Positions 37,901 through 50,700 of a DNA stretch of 64,000 nt are shown here, in pieces (the stretch's first letter is position 1; each line of letters begins with the position of its first letter). The DNA comes from Antechinus flavipes. Lineage: Eukaryota. Position numbers and translations under genes: made by a program. The notes under the pieces are model-generated. The model did not search any database and had not been told where the DNA came from. It was given only the letters and a program-made list of their open reading frames with translations. The stretch covers positions 104,470,001 through 104,534,000 of the forward strand of contig NC_067402.1 of NCBI RefSeq assembly GCF_016432865.1, in the 5' to 3' direction.

Positions 37901-40900
37901 ATAATGAATAAAAAAATAAAAATGAGTATTGCATTTATTTCAGTTTCTTTCGAACTCATTTTTTCCCTTCTCTCCATGGCTGCAGAAGGCCTTGAATCCT
38001 TTTTTATTGTGAAAGTGACAGCATTTCAAGATTTGTCCTGTGGAATAGGGATTAGGCTCACTTATTCTTGATCCCTGAGGGACTTAGATGCTCATGTAGT
38101 CCTCTTAAAACAAAGAACCTGGTCATATTCCTTCCCAGATCAAAAATCTTCCTTGTACCTACTTATTTGTAGAATAAAAGACAAATGCTACCATTGGCAT
38201 TCAATGGTCTCTGTGATGTGATTCAAGCCTATCTTTCCATTCTTATTTCACATCATAATTTAATACTTGCTATCCTGATAAACCAGACCTCTAGCATTCA
38301 TTCTTGCCTGGTCTATTGTGGTTGTTATTGTTTTCCTTTTTAACCTTATGATAGTTGACACTCATATACAGCCCTTTAATATTTGCAAAGCTCTTTATGT
38401 TATTATTGTATTTTTGGAGCATCAGACCAATATGAGCTCGTAATGCTATAGGTTGGCCACAAATAGCCCCAATGAACATTTAGGGTGGGATTCTCTCACT
38501 TGTGTGAGTTAACTAAATTCTGCTTGGCTCATAGAGCACCTTCTCGGACGAGGGCACGCCATGCTGGGTGGTCCTGTGCCAGGGTCTATTCTCGAGTTCT
38601 TAAGAGAGACCTTGAGAGTGTGGCGCCTTTTCTGACCACCTTGTGAGGGCATGGATGCTCTTGAGGTCCCCTCCTTCAAATGACTGAGCCAAATGGCTCT
38701 GTCCGATATGATTCAGGTCTGCATTGGGTCTGGGGCATGTTGGGCTGGGGGAAGCAGAAGAAATGAGTATTTAATGATTGAGGCTTCTCTCCTGCTGCAG
38801 GTCTACCCCACTCCTATGCGAGCTTTGGGCATGGGCACAAGTGGCTCTTTGTGTCGGATTGGTGCGATGGTGGCTCCCTTTATATCCCAGGTGAGATGCC
38901 CCTGCAGTGAGCCTGAAGGGGATGGCAGTGAAGAAGTAGAAGAGACTTCAGAAGGGAAGGCTGACCAGGGATTGTTTTATCAGAACATTCTCTAAATCGG
39001 TAATCGTCTGGGAAAGCCGCGCTGAGCCCCTACCCCAAGATGAGACATTGTCCAGTCTTTTGGGGCATTCAATAACATAGGGAAGCAGCAGGACATAGGA
39101 GAAAGAGAAGCTTTCCCTATGGCTTGGACAAGTAAATTCCCCTCAGAAGTCTCAGTTTCCCCATCTGTAAGAATATGGAGTTGGGCCAAATGATCTTTAA
39201 GGTCTCTTCTAGTTGCAGTAGTCTAACGTCTGTGTGCCAGGGGGAGATATAGCAGGGATGATATTTTTCCTTGTTAGGAGAAGGTTGTGGAAGCCCACTG
39301 TGGATTCAGGATCCTCCAGGGACCTGTCAGAATGGTGTCACTATCACAGGAAGCATGGCTTATTACTAAGAAATCTAGCTCTCAGGGGTTTGAACCACTC
39401 TACAATTCAGGGGAACAATCCTGATTCTTAGAATTTTAACCCCACAGATACATTACATCATTCCAGGTGTAGTCACTTTTCAGTGACAAATGACCTCCTT
39501 GTGTTAATGGGGTATCATGACTGTACATGTATAAACCCATATCAGATTGCTTACTGTCTGAGGGAGAGGGGGAACATAGAGAGAAAGAGAGAAATTTGGA
39601 ACTCAAAACTTGAAAAAAAAAATCAAGTGTTAATAATTGTTTATATGTGCAATTGGGACAAAATAAAATTTTAAAAATAGGTAACTTAAGGAGGCAGTTC
39701 TAGAGTATGTATTTCTATATGGGATTTGGCACCTTCCACCCATTTTTTAATCACTTCAGACTCACTGGTAAGAGGTAATGGGTTAAAAGTTAAAGGTTTA
39801 GGAATAAAAATCTACCCCCAACCTAAGGGAATTTGGGAAGGTATCAGACAGCGGTTATGAGGAAGTGAAAGGAGGTAGAATCCCAGCAAAGGGAAATAGG
39901 GACTTATCTTTTGTACTTTCTATCCTGAGGTTTTATCCTAGCCTTTCCTGTGCCTTTTCTTGCACTGTGCCCCACTTCCCTGGAATGGACACCTGCCCCA
40001 TCTCCATCTGGTGAAGTCTTTCTCTTCCCTCAGGACCCAGCTCAGGTGTTCCCTTCACAAAGGTTTCCCTGCCCCTCAATCTCCTTAGTGAAAGCGATCC
40101 TTCCCTTCTCAAATTTCCCTTAACACTTTACCCAGATCTTTCTTTTGCTGTTCTCACTTCCTCCTGTATTATAGATATTCATGCATCTTTCTCCACATTT
40201 GATTATAAGCTCCTTGACAACAATGTCCATTTAATTGAACAATTCAACAAATATGTGTAGGTAGCTAGTATGTACAAGACACCACGCTAGGTATTAAGAG
40301 ATAGAAAGACAAAAGTCTGTTTACAAGGAGCTTATGAACTATGTAAGGGATGCTGCATGTGTATAGAAAATAACTAGCAAGTAATATTAGTCAGAGGCTG
40401 TGATAAGAGAGGCAGGAGAGAAGAAGAGAGAAGGAGATGGTGTTCAACTCCATGGTCTCGAAGATTTAAATCTATAATGCTAAGAAGTGAAGAGGGGGTG
40501 TATTCCAGACATGGAACATAACCTTGTATCCCTGGCACCAAGCAGAGCCATAATATGCAATATTATAAGTATATATTATATAATTATTATATAACATTAC
40601 ATAATATTTATAATATTAATATATTTATTATAAATATAATAATTATACAATACATAATTATATGTACCATAATTATATATTATAATAATATATTTTTCTT
40701 CTTGTTTGGTCATTTTAGACTTTTGTGACCCACTTTGGGATTTTCTTGGCAGATACTGGAGTGGTTTGCCATTTCCTTCTTCTGCTCATTTTATATGGAA
40801 GCTGAGGCAAGCAGGGTGGAGTGACTTATCCTTGTGTCTGAGGCTGGATTTGAGCTTGGGAGTATGAGTCTTACTGAATATGGGGTCAGCGCTCTAGTCT

Positions 40901-43900
40901 GCCTGCCACCTGACTGCCTCCTATTATACCCAGTCCGCGCTTAATGTTTCTTGAACTCCATGGAGTTACTAACTCAGCTGGGCACGCCGATGTCCGAGTC
41001 CCTCCTTGAGTTAAACCTGTGTCTGTTCCGTGTCTTACAATGACCTCGTTTCACCATGCTAACAGACAAACAGGAAGCTTTGTGGAGTTTGGCGGCCTGA
41101 ACAACACTAGCTGTATTCAGTTCCTGGCCCAGTTGGGCTAGTTACTCGATCCTCCTGAGCCTCCCAGAGCCCCCAGAAACCCTGGGAAAAGGGCACCCAC
41201 TGGGACAGATTTATTTATCCGTAATGGGCCCTCCTGGGGACTGGAGGGCGAGACTGAGGGTTTCTTCCCATGTGTCTCCTCCCTCCTTTTGAAAAGAGAG
41301 AGATGTGTACTATATCTTGTCCTCTCAGAAGAGAGAGGACCTAGAGAATGAAGGGAAAGACAGAAAGGAGGAGAACATGGAAGGAAGAAAAGGAAAGGCC
41401 AAATTATGAGGGATTTTGATTTCCTGATGGGTTTCTTCCCATCTCATCCCCAGGAGTTTTCCAATTAATCCTAAGGTTGTTACTGGCCAAACTGGCACTT
41501 CTTAGAGTGATTTTTCATTCTCTCTCTTTTTTTCTTTTGTATAGCCAATCAGGGAGAAGTAATTTGCTCAGGGTCACAGAGCTAGTAAGTATCTGAGGCC
41601 AGATATGAATTTGGATCCTACTGACTCCAAGTTTGGAACTCTGTACCACTCAGATGCTCTGAGTTTCATTCTCAAGAGCTTACAAAATTATCTAGTCCAG
41701 GGGTTCTTAATCTGGGCTCTGTGGACCCTCAAAGTATCTATTGATAGACTTTATGGGGTCCATGAGCTGTATCAAAGGGGCAAGGAGCAGCTAAAGGGCA
41801 CAGTGAATAAAGCACAAGATTTGTAATCAGAAGGACCTGAGTTAGAATCAGGCCTCAGACACTTCCTGGCTATGTGATCTTTGGTAAGTCCCTTAACCCT
41901 GTAAAAAACGCCGAGAAGAAAAAGGGCAAAGCACTCCTGTTATACAACTTGCTAGTAAAATAAGCCACTTGAAGAAAGACTTTCTATTTTTGCCTTTCTA
42001 TCTCTAGTCCCAAGCAGAATGCCTGGTAAAAAGCAGATGCCAAATTAATACTTTTTGATTGACTGAATTTGTATTTTCTCTTTTAAAAATTGTCCTTTGG
42101 GATCCTTAAGAGGGAAAGGATTCTGGGCAGATGGTGGAGTAGGTCAGAAAATCCAAGCTCTCCAGATTTCTCCCACAAACAAAACAAAATTGTGCCTTAG
42201 AGTGAACATAGGTCAGTGAAAAATAAATAAGACTTGAGACAGAACAGGGGTCCTCCTGGGACAAGCAGAGAAGACCTGAAGAAAAAACCCAGTCCAGGCT
42301 ATCTCTGCAAGAACAAGTTGGGGAGCCCTGGGATGAGGGGTCAAGGTCTGAGTCCAGGAAGACTGAGGGAACCTCGGCTGATCAGGAATGCCAGGCCCAG
42401 CTGTGCTGCTGAGATGCGCCCTGGGTGAGAAGGAGCCAGCACTGCAGAGGCAGTGGGGCAGGGATGCTGCTGGCTGCAGGCACTTGCAGGAATGGGGAGT
42501 CCTTGGTTTGGGTTTCCTGGTCAGAAGGGAGAGCTGAGGTAAAGTTAGAGGCACCATCCCCCCTCATACCGGGATTAGAGGAGTTTACACTAATATTTCT
42601 CATTTAAAACATGTGTGTGTAATATAGACAAAGAAGAAAGAACCCAACCATAGAAACTTACTATGGGAATAGGGAAGACCAGGTTCATCTTAAAAGGAAA
42701 ACAGTGAAGTAAAAAAAAAAAAAAAAAAAGCCTTTTCTACCCCAAAGAGTTATGTAAAATGGTTCCCTGTCCATAAAAAAAAGGTAACCCAACTAGAGAT
42801 CCAGAGTCTTAAGAAAATAATTCTTTGAAAATTAGAATTGGGCAAGGAGAAGCTATGAGACCAAGTAATAACAAAACAAAATATAAAGAATGAAAATATT
42901 GAAGAGAATGTAAAACATTTTTTAAGAAGTACAACAGATCTGGAGAACAGATCAAGAGAAAACGTAAGAATAATTGGACTACTGAAAGCTGTGACCAAAA
43001 AAAGAACTTTAATACAATAGTAAGAGAAATAATCAAAGAAAATTGTTCTGGAGTGATAGACTATAAGAGGAAAATTGAAAAAGAAAAAACCCACCAATCA
43101 TTACCTTAGTATAGCACCTTCCAAAAACTATAAATAAATAAGGGTGGGAGGGAATAAAACAAGGTAGGGTATAGAAGGGTGTGTAAATTTATGGTACTGG
43201 TACAAGGAACACAGATTAATGGGAAAGGGATAAAGAAAAAAGGAAGGAAAAGGTGTGAAAAGAAATAAGGGAGGGATGCATGGATGGAGGGAGGTTAAAT
43301 AATAGCCAGATGAGTTAAGGAATAGAATTAAATTAGAAGAGTTAGCAGGAACAGGAAATAAGAGATGAACACAAACATTATAATAAGGATCAGAAGTAGA
43401 ATATATTAGAAAAAAAAGGGCTAGTAATCATTGATCTTGGACAAAGTCAAATTTAAAAGATTCAATAAAGAGAAATCTACATGTCTACATATGTGTAAAT
43501 GCATGTGTATATGTCAACATGTAGGCATCTAGTATAAATATATGTATTTATATTGTATGTGTATATATACATACATACACATATATTCATACATACACAT
43601 AAATACCCATACACACACACAGAATTGTCTTTTTGTCATTTTGTCCATTATGTTTTAGCCCCTGGAATCTTGGGAATCTGGCTTCCTAATAGTCCTCTTA
43701 ATCATCACCATTGACCTTGACTTCAGAAATATTCGGAAGCTTCAGATAATGCTGTTACCTTAGCGTGGCCAAAACTAAAACTTTCCCTTCATCTATTCTA
43801 ACATTTAGCAAAATCTAATGAATTGCCATCTCTAGGGAGTAGTGTGGTATAATGAAAAGAGCACTGAACTTCAGTCTGAAAATCTGGGCTCAAGTCCTGA

Positions 43901-46900
43901 CTTAAACTATCTATGTGTTTTTGGTCAAGTCTTTGGGCAACCTTTCTGCCTCAGGTTTCTTTTCTGTGAAAAAAAAAAGGAGCTAGATTTGAGAACAACT
44001 AGAGTCATTGTGGATAGAACCCTGTAGTGGAAATTAGACTAGACTTTGAATTTGGCTTTGGTCACTTACTAATTGTGTGGTCCAGGGCAGTCTCTAGGCA
44101 ATTTCTTTGTGCCTCAGTTTCCTCATTTGTAAAATAAGAGGGTTAAAAGTGAGGGCCTTCTAAGTTTTCTGACAGCCGTAAATTTAACTATATTTTTATC
44201 TTAACTTATCTTTATAAAAGATAAAATATCTTTTATCTTAACATGTCTTTTTTTTTTTTTTTTAAACTGGTTAATGATTTGGTTTTTCATTATCAATTCC
44301 TACTTTTCTTCCCTAGAATGATTTGTTTATATGGTTAGAATATCATTATTGGGAACATCCCTTCCCTCTTGAGTTGTCTTTCCCTATATAATTTAAGCTA
44401 ATGGGCTACTACTTCTTCCTCTGAAACTCTGTTCTGTCCGATAGGGGCATGACACCTTAGGATTTAGAGCAGTAACCTCTAAGGTCCCTTTAAATTCTGA
44501 TCACATTGGTCTATCCCCTTCCTTATCTATCATAAACTCTGAGACAAGAACATTGCCATTCATTCTAGATATTACTTAAAAAAATTTTTTTTTCTGGTTA
44601 TACATATATTAATTTTTTAAATACACATTTCTTTATGAATCATGTTGGGAGAGAAAAATCAGAATAAAAGGGAAAAAACCACAGGAGAGAATGTTTTTAA
44701 AATTTAGCATTGTTTTGGAAAAAACAATGAGAACAGAGTGGAAGTTACCAAGATGCAAATTTAGTGCTGATGCAAGAAAGACTTCTTAACAATCGGAACA
44801 GTCCCCATATATTGTCTGATGTTGTGAGTCAAGCCTCCCCACGCTCATACTACACCCACCAGAACTCTCAAATAGTTTGAATTAACATTATCCTCTGGAA
44901 GACTAATTTGGGACTCAGCTATGGGCCTTTTGGGGTAGAGTTGGTATAGACAGTTGGTATAGGCAGTTAAAGGATTCTGGACAGGAGCTCCTCAGGCCCT
45001 AAGGAATTTCTTTGCAAATAGCTTTTAATTTCCTTGCAAGCCAACTATTTTTAGCTTTATTGTGAGTTGTTTTTTTCACTGCCTGGTGAAATGTTTTAGC
45101 CTGGGAATTATTTAATATTTTTATATTTTAAAATTTGTATCTTACAAATTTTAGACTTTGAATGATCCATCCAAGCAAATATGGAGCCACAAATGGGATG
45201 CCATTCATATCACTTAGCTATTTCATACACATATATATGTATGTTTGTGTAAACATATATACATATTCATATAATCCTGAACTACATAATGATTTGTGGG
45301 ACAACTAGGACTTCCACTAAATTGACATTTATATTTTGCTCAGCTACTTATGTAGATACCAGGAAGAAGAAAGGAAACAAGCATTTATTGAGCACCTACT
45401 ATGTGCCAGACAGCCAGATGGTTCAGTGATTAGTGTGCTGAGCCAAGAATCAGGAAAACCCGAATTCAAATTCAGTCTCAGACACTTAACTAGCTGTGTG
45501 AACTAAGGCAAAGTCACTTAACTCTAACCTGTTTGCCTTAATCCACTGGAGAAAGAAATGGCAAACCATTCCAGTTTCTTTGCTAAGAAACCCCCATTTT
45601 TCATTTGAGGAAACTGAGACAAACAGAAGTTAAATGATTTTCCTAGAGTCAAATAGCTAGTAAGGAGTTGAGGCTGAATTTGAACCCAGGCCTTTCTGAC
45701 TCCAGGCCCAGTGCTCTGTCCAATGCACCACTTTAGTTAACAGATAAATAACTGTTGCTGAAGGAAACTAATCCAATTTCTGAGTAAGAATACTGTCTTA
45801 TAATTGTGTTGCTTCATAATTTACTTTCATATACTATGTCTCTAGTAATGATTCTCATAACTCTTGAATATGCTAACTCTTTAACATGTTCTTCAGAAAC
45901 TGATTATCAGGTTTTTCAGGTAATGTTACTCATTTAACCACAATTTGTGTGCAAAATGCTGCTCTTTCCTTATATTGACACTTACTAAAAGGACAAACAT
46001 AGAAGAAACACAGAAGGAAATCAAGTCTTTAGATAAAAGGGCTTGAGGAGAAACACACATATAGAGAAGCAGGGAGCTTCCTTAGCTGATGGTAAAGGTA
46101 GTTATAAAACATTTTTTCCACCAGCTAGTTTACATATAGCTATTTTTAGAATTTTGAAGTTTATAACTAGGGAAATGGAGTCAAAGAACCACTTTGGAAC
46201 TACAAAACAAATGTAATTGGACTATTTGTGAATAATATGACAGGAATATGGATTTGGGGTTTCTTAGTGTTAAGTTATAAGTATATTGCAGCACATAAGT
46301 AATGAGTAAGAAGTGGGAAAATGAATAAAGAGACAGATGTTAGAAGCGGCATACAGAAGCTGATGTGGCCAAAAAACCTGGAAGCAGAGAAATGAAAGGG
46401 AGACAGAAGAAAATAGCAGATACTTTGAGCCAAAATCAGCTGATTAAAGATGGGCAGCCTTTTGCAGTTAATACAGGGAGTTGTTCTGAGTGAAGGAAAA
46501 CTCTGATCCTGAGAACTGAATGAAGGAAGCAGAATTATGTCTTTTCAAGGTTGAGAAAAGGCTTGTCTTGATAAAAAGCATTAACAGCTTGAAAAAAAGA
46601 GGTTTGCCTGTTTTACACTACTTCTGCGTCTTGAGAAAAGATCTGAATTTTTATAGGTATCAGGCTTAAGGGAACTGATTTTCGCTGAAGAAATTTATAA
46701 CCGCTAAGGGAATATACCCAGAAGACTGAACATCTAAGGTTTAATGTTCTAAAGTAGCAGAGAAGTGTTTTTGTCCCACAGGTAAATGGAGAGGCTCAAT
46801 AGGGAGGAATATATTCAAGCAATAGGTGTCATGTTTCCCAAAAAGATTAAGAATATTCAGACCTGGAATCCAGGACTATAAGTGCATGGGGTTTCCTATT

Positions 46901-47697
46901 CATGGCTCACTGCTAGGTTTCTCATTGTGCTCCCTCCCCCCAAACACCCCAAAACAAAATACATTGGTGGGTGAGAATGATCCAGGATTTATATTATGAT
47001 TATTCTTACTTTGTTCCTTTTTCTTTAGTAAATGTCTCATGATGTATAGTTTTTTAAAGGAAACACACTAATGGGGGCTCAGGAGTTTTAACTGTTGGTA
47101 GATCCTTGTCTCTGCTCATACCAGAATTACCCTCAGGATTCTGAGAGTGAATTGTAACTTATTGGGGAAACTAATCAGTCAGTGTAGATGCAGTTTGGAG
47201 TAAAGTCACCCCAGTCTTATGAAACCTAAAGAGAACTGGGAGTCACTGTAACACCCAAATTACAAAATCAAAACAAATATATCCTAATTAGCTCTATACA
47301 TTTCTGTAACTTTTCCCAAGAAAGTATAAATTTGTCATCATTGGTAATAATCCTTTATGCCACATAAGGATTTGTGGAAAGAATTTGAGAAGCTGGATGT
47401 GGGGATGGAGATAATTGTGTAAAAGCATAAGGTTTGTTTGCAGAGGGAATAGGAAATAGGAACAATGGGCAGAAATTGCAAAGCAATAAATTCAGATTTG
47501 AAGTGGGGAAAAAACTTTCTAACAATTAGATTTGCAAAAGTAAAATGGGCTACCTTGGGAGGTACTAAGTTCTACTAGCTGTCTTCAATAAAGGCTCAAT
47601 AATCACTTATTCATTATGCTGTAGTGGGGAATTATTTTTCTGGACATGGGCTGAATTAACACTGTCATTGTGGTTATTTCAAACTCTGAAATGTTGT

Positions 47698-47747
<50 letters not shown>

Positions 47748-50700
47748 TCCCCCCCTGCCCTTAGATAAATGATGGAAGGAGTATGGAAAAGCTTAAGGCT
47801 AACCAAAACATGTAAATCTGAACGAGATTATCTCTTGGGATTCAAGATGGAAAGAGAAATGATAGGCTAAAATAGGATCAGCGGTACATGAGGAATTGGG
47901 AAATATATCCATGAAATAATGTAATCTCTCCTCTTTTCTCTGAAGAACTTGGAGCTGGCCAGCAAGGAATAGAGAAAGGGAGAGAATGTCTCCCTCTCCC
48001 TAAGTATTTGCTTTATCAGGACAATGTATAAACATTAGAAGAGAAGTTTCTTTAAGGGTGTCCCCTAAGTTATTGGCTAGGCAGGGATTGGGAAGGGAGA
48101 ATGTTTTTCTCATTGTGCCAGAACAAAATACAATATAATATGGCATCTCTGATGGCAGGCAAAAATAGAACAAAAACCACCATTCTATTTTCAGAAAAAT
48201 CTATTTGTAAATTATCCCATATTAATGTTAACTTACAGAATAATGCAATTGCTTACCTTCATTTTTTTTTTTCTTTCACTAGACAGTAGGAGGCAGTATG
48301 AGGAAAATCCATTGGCTTTAGATTCTGAAGCAGTGTTCAAATCCAGGTTTACTTATTACTTTCATAACTATGGACAAATAACTGGCTTTTTCTTTCTGGA
48401 CCTGTTTCCTTGCTGGTACAGTGACAGGCTTGGATCAGATGACTTCTAAGGCCCTTTTCAATCTGCAACTTATCTTAACACCACCTGAAATTTCTTTGAC
48501 CCCTAATTTTTCTTTACTCCTTCTTACTCTCATCCTTTTAAATATAATGGGAGATCATATTTAAAGAAATTTCTTAATGGCCTTTTCTCCCTTTTTTTGT
48601 GGAAGTAATTCTATCTTTGAATGTATCCATTTTGTAAACTGGATTTTTAAAAAAAATTCTTTGAAGTGGATATGATTTGGGAGATGAAATCTATTGATTT
48701 GAATGGTGGTTAGTGACATAATTTCCTCATTCTTCCTATATGTCACTCTTCTTTTGAGATAATCCCAAGATAATGGTTTCATACTTATGTCCTATAAATA
48801 ATATCCTACAAACTTTTTTTTTTTTAATGTTTCAGGGATGTATGGTTCTGTGCAATCTAGTATCTATATCATCTAGTGATAAAGTTCTGAGGGTTTACAT
48901 GCATCTTCTTACATAGGGATGTAGCTTTAATTCCTTCTCACTTATGTTTAACATTTTATAATTTTCTTGAGTCTTGTGTTTGAATGTCAAGCTTTGTGTT
49001 CAGTTCTGATCTTTTCATTTAGAATGCTAGGTTATTCTTGGCCTTGCAGAATGTCATAATCCAAGCCTTCTGTTTCTTTATAGTGGCAGCTACTAAATCT
49101 GATATGAAAATGACTGAGGCTCTATGGTATTTGAATTATTTCTTTGTGGCTGTTTGCATTTTCTCTTTGATCTGAGTTCTGGAATTGAGCTATAACATTA
49201 CTGAAAATATTCCTTGGGGAATTTTTTTTTTAAAGAGGTGACTGGATTCTTCTAATTTCTATCTTGCCCTCTGGTTCTTAAAATTTTTGACATTTCTTTA
49301 ATTTTTAAAAGTGTCTTTTTTTTGTGCATGGCTCCCACATAGTTCAGTGATTCTTAAAATTCTCTTTAATCTATTTTCCAGTTCAGTGGTTTTCCAGAGA
49401 TATTTCACAATTGTTATTTTTTCAATCTTTTGAACTTAAAAAAAGTCTCATGGAATTAAGATGCGACCAATTCTGATTTTTAAAAGCATTTTTTGTCTTT
49501 TTTGCCATTTGGCCAATTCTAATTTTTTCTTTCCCTCAGCATTTTTGGTGCCTTTCTTTACATGCTATAAATTCTATTTACAGTATTTCCTTGCATAGCA
49601 TCCTCCCTTCTCAATTTATTCTCTACACTTCTTGATTTTAAAAATTGCTTTCTCAAACTTGGGAATTGTTAGGCTTGCATCCAAATCTCATTTGAGGTTT
49701 TGCTTATAGATGTCATTGTCATCCGAGTTTATGTCTTGAATTTCTCTGTCACTATAGCAATTTTCTGTGGTCAGGTTCTTTCCACCCCTCATTTTCCCAG
49801 GCTACTTTTTGACTTCTGGGATAGGTTCTGCTCATCTCTGGAGGAAGATGGCTGGCCTAAATTTTTCCTCTTTTATATACTATTTTCACAGCAAAATGTG
49901 ACCAGATAAGTCTGTTTATGTGAATGTATATGGTTTATGGTTAAGTTTCTGCTGGAATCAGTTATAAAACCTCCCAGTAGGTTCACTATAAGTTCAAAGA
50001 GAGAACTGGCGGATCATGTGTAACACCAAGGGTTAGAAATTACTTTTGGTTCCGAACCACAGAATTGTAGTTCTAGAACTAGTTTCTTGCTTCTTATACA
50101 AGTTGACAGGAGCCCTGCTCCACAATAACCACCTCTCCCCCGTGGAATTGTGTACAATTTGGAGCTGCCAGATGGCACCCATTCGTGCTTCTGGTGTGTA
50201 GTGTGGAGATCCCTGGGGTTCTTTCTGCCCAGATGTTCCGTGTCATCATCCTTGGATGCTGGATTGCTCCCCACAGAGTTACTGTTTCTACCTATTACCC
50301 GCTGTTCTGCTTGTACTGTAATCCGGGCCTGTCCCTACCCCAGCATCAACAGAGCTATGTATTTTCCTAAGCTGATTGGGGTAGCAAAAACTATTCAATA
50401 TATCTAGGCTTTCCTGAGCAGAATTCAGTCTGAGAGGTCATCCTGAAGGAATTTGTTAATCAGCAAGGCAAAATCTCTTATCTTGTGTTCTGCTACCTCA
50501 ACTGCTGTGTGGTGGTAAATGGAAGATGGACTAGCTCTGGTGAAGAATATTTCTAAGAGTCCAATTTTCACCAATTTTCCACCAAAACTTAGAACTTCCC
50601 TCAATGTAAATATTCTGTGTAGAAATAACTTATATGATTATCATTAACATGTACAAATGATATATTCCTCCCCTTCTCAAGAGATGGGGGAGGGGCAAGT

